Shown here one piece after another: positions 50,868-60,249 of a stretch of 64,000 nt of DNA (positions are counted from its first letter, which is position 1; each line of letters starts with the position of its first letter). A program made the position numbers and the translations under genes. The stretch comes from Verrucomicrobiaceae bacterium (GTDB taxonomy: Bacteria; Verrucomicrobiota; Verrucomicrobiia; Verrucomicrobiales; Akkermansiaceae). The stretch spans positions 96,001 to 160,000 of the forward strand of contig JBPOGH010000007.1 of NCBI GenBank assembly GCA_051252135.1, written 5' to 3'. The notes under the pieces are model-generated. The model did no database searches and was not told where the DNA came from. It saw only the letters and a program-made list of their open reading frames with translations.

Positions 50868-51434
50868 ATGAGCGACGATAAGCAGCCACCAAAGCCACCG
50901 GCACCAATGAAGAAGACCTCCGCTGTTCCCCTTAAAAAAGAGACGGTTCGAGTCACCTTAAAAGCCGACCCTGACAAGCCAGCAGCTGCTCCTACCGCAC
51001 CAGCGGCTCCCAAGCCGCCTACTGCTTCGGCACCTCCTGCGCCATCGGCGCCCAAGCCACCGGCACCAGCTCCTACCATTCCGCTAAAAACGGCTCCGGT
51101 TGCCAGTGCTCCGTTGGCTCCCAAACCCGCCGGTGCGCCGGCCCCGGCTCCCACGATTCCTTTGAAGACGGGACCTGCTGCCGGAGGCGATCCTACCAAA
51201 CCTCTTCCCCAGGCTACCGTGCAGCTTCAGAGCACCCAACAGCTTGGAGCTCCTACCGCTCCGACGACGCCCCAGATTGGCACCATTGCCACGACGGATG
51301 TGGATGATGAGGAAGGCAGCGATACGATCCCAACGGTGATGTCCATTCTGGCCTTTGTGCTGGCACTGGGTGTCTTGGGAGTGGGCCTGATGACCTGGAC
51401 TCTTGAGAATGAGATCGGTGATCTTTTCAGTTAA
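50868..51434 (+). CDS. Pro/Ala-rich tail-anchored hypothetical protein
   Basis: Repeated PAPTIPLKT, acidic patch, C-terminal TM. Confidence 0.75.
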   Translation: MSDDKQPPKPPAPMKKTSAVPLKKETVRVTLKADPDKPAAAPTAPAAPKPPTASAPPAPSAPKPPAPAPTIPLKTAPVASAPLAPKPAGAPAPAPTIPLKTGPAAGGDPTKPLPQATVQLQSTQQLGAPTAPTTPQIGTIATTDVDDEEGSDTIPTVMSILAFVLALGVLGVGLMTWTLENEIGDLFS

Positions 51435-51460
51435 CCCTTAAACGAGTATAGAAACATACA

Positions 51461-51535
51461 ATGGCTATTCCAGCAGCTCTCCTAGTCCTCGGCGTGATTG
51501 TGGCACTGATTCAGTTCCTTGCCAGCGGTCTGTAG
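51461..51535 (+). CDS. putative 24-aa single-TM microprotein
   Basis: MAIPAALLVLGVIVALIQFLASGL; A-rich leader. Confidence 0.55.
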   Translation: MAIPAALLVLGVIVALIQFLASGL

Positions 51536-51620
51536 GTGGAGGACAAGTTCTCTAACAGGTCCATGTGACCAATTTCAGGGTGGCTCTTGACGCCACCCTT
51601 TTTGCGTACATATTTCCGGA

Positions 51621-51941
51621 ATGGCATTAACGATTACCGAAGAAAATTTCGAGACAGAGGTTCTGGGCTCGGATGTACCTGTCCTTGTCGACTTTTGGGC
51701 CGAATGGTGCGGGCCTTGTAAAATGATTTCCCCGATGGTGGACGCTGTGGCTGCTGAAGTCGAAGGCGTGGCCAAGGTCGGGAAGTGTAATCTGGATGAC
51801 GGTCAGGCATTGGCCGCAAAGTACGGCATCCGTTCGATTCCCACCCTTCTCTTTTTTAAGGATGGCGAAGTGAAGGACCAGATTATTGGAGCTGCGGTCA
51901 CGCAGAGCCAGATTGCGGAGAAACTTCAGGCGCTTGCCTAG
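51621..51941 (+). CDS. trxA: thioredoxin
   Basis: WCGPC, SIPT. Confidence 0.96.
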   Translation: MALTITEENFETEVLGSDVPVLVDFWAEWCGPCKMISPMVDAVAAEVEGVAKVGKCNLDDGQALAAKYGIRSIPTLLFFKDGEVKDQIIGAAVTQSQIAEKLQALA

Positions 51942-51963
51942 GCGGAACCCGATTGAATCAACC

Positions 51964-51998
51964 AAAAAGCGGCTTCGTGAATCACGGAGCCGCTTTTT
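51964..51998 (+). terminator. bidirectional terminator after trxA
   Basis: AAAAAGCGGCTTCGTGA-A-TCACGGAGCCGCTTTTT. Confidence 0.85.
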
Positions 51999-52247
51999 CT
52001 TTGGAAGACCGAGAAATTAGAATTTTTTGCCGTAGGCTGAGTTCTCGAAGCCCTGACCGAGGCGCTGGAAGTCGCGTCCCATTCCAACAAAGGTATTGCA
52101 GGAGGATAGGAAGAGAGCGGCGGCGGCACTGAGGACGAAGAGCAAGGGGAGTTTTTTCTTCATGGATCAAGAAAACCCTCAATCAAGTGTGGGCGCAAGT
52201 GTTTAATTTTTCCTGATTAATAGGCTGGAAGTGTGATACCTGTAGGA

Positions 52248-52859
52248 ATGGAGAGAAAAGTAGTGGCCGAGCTTCTGGATGCGCTGCCATCTGAGGCTCC
52301 GGAGGCGCAGCGATCACGGCGGGATTTGCGTTTGATTAACGGATTAATGGGCAATGAACGGTGGATTCTCGGGGTTTTAAGGGGATTGAAGGGAGATGTG
52401 GTGGAATTGGGGGCGGGGGACGGATGTCTTACCCGTAAGATGATGCCGGGGCGTCAGGTGACGGGTCTGGATTTTCAGGAAAAGCCCGAGGAGCTGGATT
52501 GTCATTGGGTGTCCGGTGATTTGTTTGAGTCGTTGGCGGAGGTGAAGGCTCCGGTGGTGGTGGCGAACCTGATCCTGCATCATTTTGAAGAGGAGAGGTT
52601 GGCGAGGCTTGGTGAGTTGTTTCGTGAGCGGCAAGCGCTGGTCTTTGTGGAGCCGTGGCGGTCCCGGCTTGCGTTGGTGGAGGGAGGATTGTTGTTTCCA
52701 TTTGTTAACCGGGTGACAAGGCATGACATGATGGTGAGTATTCGGGCTGGTTTTGTGAGGGGGGAGTTGCAGAGGTTTCTGGGGCTGGGTGAGGAATGGG
52801 CCTGGCGGGAAGAGGTCTCGTTGCTGGGAGGGTTGCGTGTGGTAGCCTATCGGTCATGA
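52248..52859 (+). CDS. SAM-dependent methyltransferase-like protein
   Basis: ELLD, DLRLIN, VELGAGDG, NLILHHF, HD..SIRAGF. Confidence 0.85.
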   Translation: MERKVVAELLDALPSEAPEAQRSRRDLRLINGLMGNERWILGVLRGLKGDVVELGAGDGCLTRKMMPGRQVTGLDFQEKPEELDCHWVSGDLFESLAEVKAPVVVANLILHHFEEERLARLGELFRERQALVFVEPWRSRLALVEGGLLFPFVNRVTRHDMMVSIRAGFVRGELQRFLGLGEEWAWREEVSLLGGLRVVAYRS

Positions 52860-53869
52860 GAGGGATCACGATTGTCGGGGGAGGCTTGGCCGGGCTGGGT
52901 CTTGGGATCGCGCTTCGCAGGAGAGGTGTCCCGGTATTGATTTTGGAGGCAGGGAGCTATCCTCGGCATAAGGTGTGCGGTGAGTTTGTGAACGGGGTGC
53001 GTCGGGAGACGTTGTCCGCACTGGGAATCGAGGGTATTTTTGAAAGTTGTCTGGAGCACGAATGGACCCGGTGGTGGATTGACGGAAAAGAGGTGATGAG
53101 CCGAAGGATGTCACGGCCGGCTCTCGGGATGTCGAGATGGGAAATGGATGAATTGCTTAGGGAGATGTTCGAAAAGTTGGGGGGGGAGTTGCTGATCAAT
53201 GAGAGGGTGACTCCGGAGGCCCGGGACGGGATGGTTTGGACAGCAGGGCGTCGGTTGAGCAAGGAGAGCGACTGGTTGGGGCTCAAGGTTCACTTTGAGG
53301 GAATGCCACCGATGGATGGGCTGGAGATGCATTTGGGTGACGGAGGTTATGTGGGGTTGACTCCGGTCTCGAGAAGCGGGGAGCGGGTGAATGTTTGCGG
53401 GTTGTTTCGACGTCGCGACTGCCGTGGGCGGGAGATTCTTTTCGATTATTTGCGGAGCTGCCGTCTGGATTCGCTGGCGGAGCGGCTGAAAAAGGGACGA
53501 ATGGATGAGAGTTCGATCACGGGGGTGGTGGGCTTGCAACCGGGGCTGCAGGAGAGGGCTGAAGGGATGTGTTGCCTGGGAGATGCGGATCGGATCATTC
53601 CTCCGTTTACGGGCAATGGGATGTCGATGGCGTTTGAAGCAGCCGAATGTGCCATCGATCCTTTGATGGGCTATGTGGAGGAAACCATTTCGTGGGAAGT
53701 CTGTCGGGCTCGCATTGATTTGGAGCTGGAGCGGCGATTTCGCAGGCGGATGAAGTTGGCAGGAGGTTTGCATCATGTCCTTCTCAATGGAAAGGGGAGG
53801 GGGGCTCTTTCGCTAGCTGCCCGGATGGGGATGCTGCCTTTCGACTGGCTGCACCGGCAATTGACCTAA
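52856..53869 (+). CDS. FAD-dependent oxidoreductase/monooxygenase
   Basis: GGGLAG, YPRHKVCGEF, GDA..IPPFTGNGMSMA. Confidence 0.9.
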   Translation: MRGITIVGGGLAGLGLGIALRRRGVPVLILEAGSYPRHKVCGEFVNGVRRETLSALGIEGIFESCLEHEWTRWWIDGKEVMSRRMSRPALGMSRWEMDELLREMFEKLGGELLINERVTPEARDGMVWTAGRRLSKESDWLGLKVHFEGMPPMDGLEMHLGDGGYVGLTPVSRSGERVNVCGLFRRRDCRGREILFDYLRSCRLDSLAERLKKGRMDESSITGVVGLQPGLQERAEGMCCLGDADRIIPPFTGNGMSMAFEAAECAIDPLMGYVEETISWEVCRARIDLELERRFRRRMKLAGGLHHVLLNGKGRGALSLAARMGMLPFDWLHRQLT

Positions 53870-54091
53870 GAGGCCGTCTGAAAAATCCAAACGAGTGTTC
53901 TGATTTTTGGGTTTGTAAAAAGTGCGGCTTCGCTGAGGAGGGAGAAATTAAACCCTGGCGGGCTGCAAGTCCTTTCATTACGGTTCGCTCCGCTCGGCTC
54001 TCTGTCGTTGGTGTTTACCAACTCCATCGTCCCGTCTTGCTTGAAGAGAAATGCCTTTGCCGCACTCATTCGGCATTTTTGAGACGGCCAC
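53870..54091. mobile_element. MITE (222 bp), IS5-family-like ends, TAA target duplication
   Basis: Left GAGGCCGTCTGAAAAAT vs right (reverse complement) GTGGCCGTCTCAAAAAT, 15/17; TAA at 53867-53869 and 54092-54094. Confidence 0.8.
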
Positions 54092-54150
54092 TAAGAGATT
54101 GGTGAGATCGCGGGTTGGCAAATCAGGAAATGGCACGAAGGTGGAGGCAA

Positions 54151-55170
54151 ATGTATCTTGAATCCGTTGCGTCCGCTTTTCCCCGGTCCTCTTTTTCCCA
54201 AGCTGAGTGCTACGAGTTCTCATCGAATAGCAAAGAAGTGGCCTCGCTTGATTCGCGATCGAAGGCGCTGGTTCGGAAGGTGCTGTTGGGTGACTCGGGG
54301 ATCGATAAGCGTCATTTTGCGACAGACGATCCCCGAAGTATGTTCGGGGCCTCCGCGCAGGAACTGAGTGAATATTTTGAGAGTGAGGCACCCAAGCTCG
54401 CGGCGGAGGCGTTGGAAAAAGCGTTGGGAAAGAGCGGGATCAACGTTCGGGAGTTGGACGCGCTGATCGTCTGTACCTGCACGGGCTACCTTTGTCCCGG
54501 AGTGACCAGCCATGTGGCCGAAATATTGGGGATGCGGGAAGATGCCCATCTTCAGGATATTGTCGGTTTGGGGTGTGGGGCGGCGATTCCTTCGATGAGA
54601 GCGGTGGAAGGGTTTCTGGCTGCGAATCCGGGAGCCAAAGTGGGATTGGTGGCGGTGGAGATTTGTTCGGCGGCGCTTTTTGTGAATGAGGATCCGGGTG
54701 TTTTAATTAGCATGTGCCTTTTTGGAGATGGGGCGTCGGCGACAATTTGGAGTGACCAGTCGGGGGAGGGGAAGTGGATGGCGGGCCGGTTCCAAACGAT
54801 CCACCTTCCGGAGGAACGCGAGAAAATTCGCTTTGTCAACGGAGGGGGGAAGCTGCAGAACAAGCTGCATCGGGCGGTGCCGGAATTGGCAGCGGAGGCC
54901 GTTGAAAAATTGTGGAAACTTAGGAGTGGAGAGCCTGATCAGGTTCTGAGTCACACCGGGGGAAGGGATGTGATTGATGCCCTGGAGGCCAGGATGGAGT
55001 GGTCCCTTCCGGAGACCCGCAGGGTTCTCAGGGACTATGGAAATTGCAGTAGTCCGTGTGTGTTGTTCGCTCTGGAAGATCGTTTGGATTCGGTGACCGG
55101 CGACTCGCACTATTGGATGACGAGTTTTGGTGCGGGATTTGCAGCGCACTCTTGCGAGATGTGGCGTTGA
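54151..55170 (+). CDS. type III polyketide synthase
   Basis: Cys (GLGCGA), His (HTGG), Asn (YGNCSS) triad; LFGDG; FGAG. Confidence 0.95.
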   Translation: MYLESVASAFPRSSFSQAECYEFSSNSKEVASLDSRSKALVRKVLLGDSGIDKRHFATDDPRSMFGASAQELSEYFESEAPKLAAEALEKALGKSGINVRELDALIVCTCTGYLCPGVTSHVAEILGMREDAHLQDIVGLGCGAAIPSMRAVEGFLAANPGAKVGLVAVEICSAALFVNEDPGVLISMCLFGDGASATIWSDQSGEGKWMAGRFQTIHLPEEREKIRFVNGGGKLQNKLHRAVPELAAEAVEKLWKLRSGEPDQVLSHTGGRDVIDALEARMEWSLPETRRVLRDYGNCSSPCVLFALEDRLDSVTGDSHYWMTSFGAGFAAHSCEMWR

Positions 55171-55204
55171 CACGGGCGGGACGGTGGTGGAGCTTCCCTC
55201 CGTA

Positions 55205-56845
55205 ATGATGAAATCCAATAGCCGGCTTGTGACCGGCATTCTTAGTGGTGTCGTCAGCCTTGCCGCTGTGGCGCAAGAGCCGGCCGCCGATCCCCGGGTG
55301 CAGCCTGTCGAAGAAGCCAAGGTCGTAGAGGCTGTTGAGGCCGATCCGTTCAAGGCTCCTGATGACGTTGCAGCAGCTCCTGAGGATGCGGAAAAGACCG
55401 AGTCCGGTCTGGCATCCAAGGTTCTGCAAAAAGGAACGGGAACGGAAAGTCCGTCTGCCCGTGACACGGTGAAGGTGCACTACACGGGATGGCAATCTTC
55501 TGACGGCAGCATGTTCGACAGTTCGAAGAAGCGTGGTCAGGCAGCGAGTTTTCCTCTCAATCAGGTGATTCCCGGATGGACCGAGGGGCTTCAATTGATG
55601 GTGGTTGGTGAAAGCCGCCGATTCTGGATTCCTGGGAAATTGGCGTATGGGGATACTCCCCAACGTCCCGGTGCGCCTTCCGGTGATCTGGTGTTCGATG
55701 TCGAGTTGCTTGAGATTGTCAAAGCGCCCGAGCCTCCCAAAACCCCTGAGAACCTGACCGCACCTGCTGATGCCCAAAAGACCGATTCCGGTCTTGCGAC
55801 CAAGGTGCTTGTCAAGGGAGAGGGAGATGCAAAGCCGGGGGCCAGCGATATCGTAAAAGTGAATTTTTCGGGATGGCAAGCCGATGGTGAATTTTTGGTT
55901 TCCTCGGCGATGCGCCAGGCGGGTCCTGCGGAGCTGAAATTGGACGAAGTGCCGATTAAGGGGTGGACCGAAGGCATTCAGCTGATGGTGAAGGGGGAGA
56001 AGCGCCGGATGTGGATTCCTGCCGATCTCGCCTTTGGGGCAGAGCCTCCCCAGGGAGCTCCCGGCGGTGATTTGATCTTTGATTTTGAGTTGGTGGACTT
56101 TGAGGAATACGTCGATCCCTATCCTGCGCCAGAAGATGTTGCCGCGGCTCCTGCCGATGCGGAGAAGACCGAGAGCGGGCTTGCGACGAAGGTGCTCACT
56201 CCCGGGGTGGGAGGTGAAAAGCCAGCGCTTCACGACACCGTGACGATCCAATTTACGGGATGGAAGAGCACGGGAGAGTTCGTGGGTGGTAGTGAGGCGC
56301 AAGGACGTCCGCTGGTGACCAAGCTGAAGGATGCGCCTCTGCAGGGATGGGTTGAAGGAATTCAGCTGATGACTGCCGGTGAGGTTCGCCGGATGTGGGT
56401 TCCGGCAGCGCTTGGTTTTAAAGGATCACCTGAGCAGGACGATCTTGTTTTCGACATCAAAGTGATTTCCATCGAAAAGCCACTTCCGGCGCCGGGAGAT
56501 GTGGCGGGTCCTCCGGAGGATGCTGAAAAGACGGCTTCCGGTCTGGCCTCGAAAGTTCTTGAGGCAGGAACCGGTGACAAAAAGCCGACTGCTGATTCAA
56601 AGGTCACGGTGCACTACACCGGTTGGACCACGGACGGTGAAATGTTCGATAGTTCCGCCTTGCGGGGAGAGCCTTCCACCTTCGGGCTTGGGCAGGTTAT
56701 TCCCGGTTGGACGGAAGGGCTCCAACTGATGGTGGAAGGCGAGAAGCGTCGTTTCTGGATTCCTGGAAATCTGGCCTACGACGGTCAGCCCACCCGTCCC
56801 CAGGGGATGTTGGTGTTTGAAGTGGAGTTGATTAAAATCAACTAG
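55205..56845 (+). CDS. exported FKBP-type PPIase with four FKBP domains
   Basis: Signal peptide; four 'T.SGL..KVL..GW.EG.QLM..GE.RR.W' repeats. Confidence 0.92.
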   Translation: MMKSNSRLVTGILSGVVSLAAVAQEPAADPRVQPVEEAKVVEAVEADPFKAPDDVAAAPEDAEKTESGLASKVLQKGTGTESPSARDTVKVHYTGWQSSDGSMFDSSKKRGQAASFPLNQVIPGWTEGLQLMVVGESRRFWIPGKLAYGDTPQRPGAPSGDLVFDVELLEIVKAPEPPKTPENLTAPADAQKTDSGLATKVLVKGEGDAKPGASDIVKVNFSGWQADGEFLVSSAMRQAGPAELKLDEVPIKGWTEGIQLMVKGEKRRMWIPADLAFGAEPPQGAPGGDLIFDFELVDFEEYVDPYPAPEDVAAAPADAEKTESGLATKVLTPGVGGEKPALHDTVTIQFTGWKSTGEFVGGSEAQGRPLVTKLKDAPLQGWVEGIQLMTAGEVRRMWVPAALGFKGSPEQDDLVFDIKVISIEKPLPAPGDVAGPPEDAEKTASGLASKVLEAGTGDKKPTADSKVTVHYTGWTTDGEMFDSSALRGEPSTFGLGQVIPGWTEGLQLMVEGEKRRFWIPGNLAYDGQPTRPQGMLVFEVELIKIN

Positions 56846-56870
56846 TCTTTCCACCTGATTCTTATCATCA

Positions 56871-56905
56871 ATCGGCCCGCCAGTTCGCTGTCGGGCCGAT
56901 TTCTT
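56871..56905 (+). terminator. hairpin terminator
   Basis: ATCGGCCCG..CGGGCCGAT-TTCTT. Confidence 0.6.
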
Positions 56906-56942
56906 GTTGGTCTTTTGTGTATAACCCTCTAGGGACAAGCCC

Positions 56943-58106
56943 GTGAGTGATCAACTGACTGCCCCCGCCGATGTTTCCGCAGCTCCTGCTGATGCCGATA
57001 CCACTTCGTCCGGCCTTGCTTCCAAGGTGTTACAGGAGGGATCGGGTTCCGAGAATCCTACTGCCCGCGACACGGTAAAAGTCCATTACACGGGATGGCA
57101 GTCTTCCGATGGCAAGATGTTTGACAGCTCCGTAGCGCGTGGAGAGCAAATTTCCTTTCCGCTCAATCAGGTGATTCCTGGTTGGACCGAGGGAGTGCAG
57201 TTGATGGTGGTGGGGGAAAAGCGGCGTTTTTGGATTCCGGCCGAGCTAGCTTATGGAGAAGTGCCATCCCGTCCCGGAGCTCCTTCCGGTGATTTGGTTT
57301 TTGATGTGGAGCTTTTTGATATCGAGAGGGCTCCCGAGCTTCCCGAAACACCGGTTGATGTGTCTTCGGCACCGGATGATGCCATCACGAGTGAATCGGG
57401 GTTGTCCTCCAAGGTTTTAGCCGAAGGAGATGGCTCTGAAAGTCCGGGGCCTGAGGATGTGGTGAAGGTGCACTTCAGCGGATGGACTTCATCCGGGGAT
57501 TTTCTTGATAGCACGGTGCTTCACGATGGCCCTGCCCAGTTCAAGCTTGATCAGGTTTCGATCAAGGGATGGGTGGAGGGATTGCAGCTGATGACCTGTG
57601 GGGAGAAGCGGCGTTTGTGGATTCCGGCGGCTCTGGGATTTGGTGAAGGTGGTCCCGCCGGGGCGCCGAAGGGTGATTTGGTTTTCGATTTTGAACTTCT
57701 GGAGTTTCAGGAAGCGCCGAAGCGTCCGGAGCCCATTCCGGCTCCAAGCGATGTGGCGGCAGCGCCCGAGGACGCGCAAAAGACTGATAGCGGCCTATTC
57801 TCGAAAGTGCTCAAAGAGGGCAGTGGAAGCGAGCATCCGCAAGCGAGCGACGAAGTGCTGGTGCACTACACCGGATGGACAACGGAAGGGGAGATGTTTG
57901 ATAGTTCGGTGGTGAGAGGTGAGCCGATTTCCTTCCCGCTCAGAGGAGTGATTGCCGGATGGACCGAGGGGGTTCAGCTGATGGTGGAGGGAGAAACGAG
58001 ACGATTTTGGATTCCGGGCAATCTGGCCTATGGAGAGACGCCAAGCCGCCCCGGGGCACCGTGCGGAATGCTGGTGTTTGATGTTGAGTTGATTAAAATC
58101 GGCTAG
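56943..58106 (+). CDS. FKBP-type PPIase with three FKBP domains, no signal peptide
   Basis: Three FKBP repeats; HYTGW..FDSS in domains 1 and 3. Confidence 0.92.
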   Translation: MSDQLTAPADVSAAPADADTTSSGLASKVLQEGSGSENPTARDTVKVHYTGWQSSDGKMFDSSVARGEQISFPLNQVIPGWTEGVQLMVVGEKRRFWIPAELAYGEVPSRPGAPSGDLVFDVELFDIERAPELPETPVDVSSAPDDAITSESGLSSKVLAEGDGSESPGPEDVVKVHFSGWTSSGDFLDSTVLHDGPAQFKLDQVSIKGWVEGLQLMTCGEKRRLWIPAALGFGEGGPAGAPKGDLVFDFELLEFQEAPKRPEPIPAPSDVAAAPEDAQKTDSGLFSKVLKEGSGSEHPQASDEVLVHYTGWTTEGEMFDSSVVRGEPISFPLRGVIAGWTEGVQLMVEGETRRFWIPGNLAYGETPSRPGAPCGMLVFDVELIKIG

Positions 58107-58150
58107 ATTTTTTCATGCGCAGTTGAATTCCGTTCCGGTCCGTTCATCCT

Positions 58151-59125
58151 ATGGCGGTGCTTGATGTTGCATGGATCGTTTTAGGCCTGGTGCTGCTCTA
58201 TTATGGGGCGGAATGGCTGGTGGCCGGAGCGGCGGAGCTGGCGGTGAGATTGGGGATTACCCCTTTGGTGGTTGGGCTCACGGTGGTGGCTTTTGGGACG
58301 AGTGCTCCGGAGCTCGCGGTGAGTATTGATTCGAATTTGAAGGGCAGCGCGGGGATGGCGGTGGGCACGGTGCTGGGGTCCAATATTTGTAATCTTTGTT
58401 TGGTGTTGGGAGTGGCGGCGTTGGTCTGGCCGCTCGCGATCCAGCGACAGGTGATCCGTCGTGAGATGCCGATCCTTTTGGTGGTGTCGGTGATTTTCGC
58501 CTGGTTCCTTCGAGATGCGCGCATTGCGCAATGGGAGGCCGGGATTCTGGCGGTGGGGATTGTGGGATATGTCTGGGCCAGCCTGCGTCAGGCGAGGAAT
58601 GAGCCGTCATCGGTCATTGTGGACGATGTTCCCGAGGAGTTGATCGAGGGAGCCAAGGAAGGTGGAGCGGGGCGGGTGGTGCGCGATATTCTTTTAGTGG
58701 TTGTGGGTATTGGGGTTCTTGTCGGCGGGGCGAAGCTGATGGTGTTTGGTGGGGGGAATTTGGCGCGGGCCTTTGGGGTGTCGGAGTCGGTGATCGGGCT
58801 GACCTTGTTTGCCTTCGGGACTTCGTTGCCCGAGCTGGCGACTTCGGTTGTGGCGGCGCTGAAGAAGCAGGGGGATATCATTGTGGGGAATGCGGTTGGT
58901 TCCTGCATTTTTAACATTTTGGCGGTGATCGGGTTTACCGGAGTGATCGCTCCGATGGAGGCGAGAGGCATCACGACGGTGGATATCGCGGTGATGCTGC
59001 TTGCGGCCTTTTTGATCACGCCGATGATGTGGCACCAGTTCCGGCTTAATCGCTGGGAGGGAGCCCTGCTTGTGATGGGTTATTTCGGATATACCGGATA
59101 CCTGGTGGTCAAGCAGATGGGCTGA
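58151..59125 (+). CDS. Ca2+/Na+ antiporter (YrbG family)
   Basis: GTSAPE..GSN and GTSLPE..GS alpha repeats. Confidence 0.93.
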   Translation: MAVLDVAWIVLGLVLLYYGAEWLVAGAAELAVRLGITPLVVGLTVVAFGTSAPELAVSIDSNLKGSAGMAVGTVLGSNICNLCLVLGVAALVWPLAIQRQVIRREMPILLVVSVIFAWFLRDARIAQWEAGILAVGIVGYVWASLRQARNEPSSVIVDDVPEELIEGAKEGGAGRVVRDILLVVVGIGVLVGGAKLMVFGGGNLARAFGVSESVIGLTLFAFGTSLPELATSVVAALKKQGDIIVGNAVGSCIFNILAVIGFTGVIAPMEARGITTVDIAVMLLAAFLITPMMWHQFRLNRWEGALLVMGYFGYTGYLVVKQMG

Positions 59126-59207
59126 CGCGGGCCGGAGTGAGTCGTCTCTGTCATTGGCGATTTCCTAGGGACTTGCCGGATAGGATTCCTTGGTGTGGAC
59201 TTCCGGG

Positions 59208-60203
59208 GTGGAAGCTCTTCTTGCCAGTTACGTTCATGATTTGTCGCCGACGATCATTGAGTTCACCGACACCATCAAGTTGCGCTGGTATGGATTGGCT
59301 TATGTAGCGGGGTTTTTGGTAGCTTATTGGATTTTACTGAGGCTCTCCCGGCGGAAGCTGTGGGTGGTGCCCGAGGACAAGGTGGCTGATGTGGTGACTT
59401 ACTGTGCCTTTTTCGGGGTTTTTCTTGGGGGGCGACTGGGATACGTGTTTTTCTACATGATCCCGGAGAAGGGGTGGGGATACCTGATGGACGATCCGAT
59501 GGCGGTTCTGCGGGTGTGGGACGGGGGGATGGCTTCGCATGGCGGGATATTGGGGATTATGTTTTACCTCCTTTATTATGCGTGGAAGAACAAGGTATCG
59601 TGGCCGGGATTGGGTGACGGGTTATGCATCGTTGCTCCGTTGGGGGTGTTCTTTGGTCGGGTGGCGAACTTCATCAATGGGGAGCTTTATGGGACCAGGA
59701 CGAATGGGGACGCGTGGTATGGGGTGAAATTTCCGGCCTCGCTTTGGGAGGACCGCGATCAATTGCAGTATGCGATGAATGAGGCGTCGTTTGTGAACGA
59801 TGAGGTGGCTTCAATGATGGCGCAGTCAGATCAGATCACTCCCGGGATTTTTAATCGGGTGGTGGAGATTTCCCGGGAGGATCCACAGGTCCTGGAGGCA
59901 TTGGGTAATCACATTGATGCGAGGCATCCCTCACAGCTCTATGAGGGATTTTTGGAGGGATTGTTGATCTTTGTGGTGCTTTATGGAATCCGGGTGGCGT
60001 TTCCGAGATTGGCCCATGGGGTGATCACGGGTCTCTTTTTTGTGATTTATGGCGCGTTCCGGATTTTGGTGGAAAACGTGCGAGAGCCGGATTCCGAGAT
60101 GATCGGGGCTCTGACGAAGGGGCAGTTTTACTCGGTCTTCATGTTGCTCATTGGAGCGGGATTTTTGATTTGGGGATGGCGTCAGGGACGGAAGGCGGTA
60201 TGA
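59208..60203 (+). CDS. lgt: prolipoprotein diacylglyceryl transferase
   Basis: RWYG, GGRLGY, GGMASHGG, GRVANFINGE, HPSQLYE; start uncertain. Confidence 0.95.
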   Translation: MEALLASYVHDLSPTIIEFTDTIKLRWYGLAYVAGFLVAYWILLRLSRRKLWVVPEDKVADVVTYCAFFGVFLGGRLGYVFFYMIPEKGWGYLMDDPMAVLRVWDGGMASHGGILGIMFYLLYYAWKNKVSWPGLGDGLCIVAPLGVFFGRVANFINGELYGTRTNGDAWYGVKFPASLWEDRDQLQYAMNEASFVNDEVASMMAQSDQITPGIFNRVVEISREDPQVLEALGNHIDARHPSQLYEGFLEGLLIFVVLYGIRVAFPRLAHGVITGLFFVIYGAFRILVENVREPDSEMIGALTKGQFYSVFMLLIGAGFLIWGWRQGRKAV

Positions 60204-60249
60204 GGTAAGGATTGCAGGGAAGCGAGATGTCTGTTAGGCAGCGCGCCGC

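Noticed and set aside
53871..53882. AGGCCGTCTGAA matches a Neisseriaceae DNA uptake sequence
   Set aside because: Only one copy noticed, wrong lineage, and explained as the MITE end.
54131..54146. TGGCACG -24-like box before the PKS
   Set aside because: The -12 position is GA rather than GC, and it is too close to the ATG.
55340..58100. Repeated DNA blocks suggesting an array or CRISPR
   Set aside because: These are coding FKBP domain repeats; no CRISPR repeats or cas genes seen.
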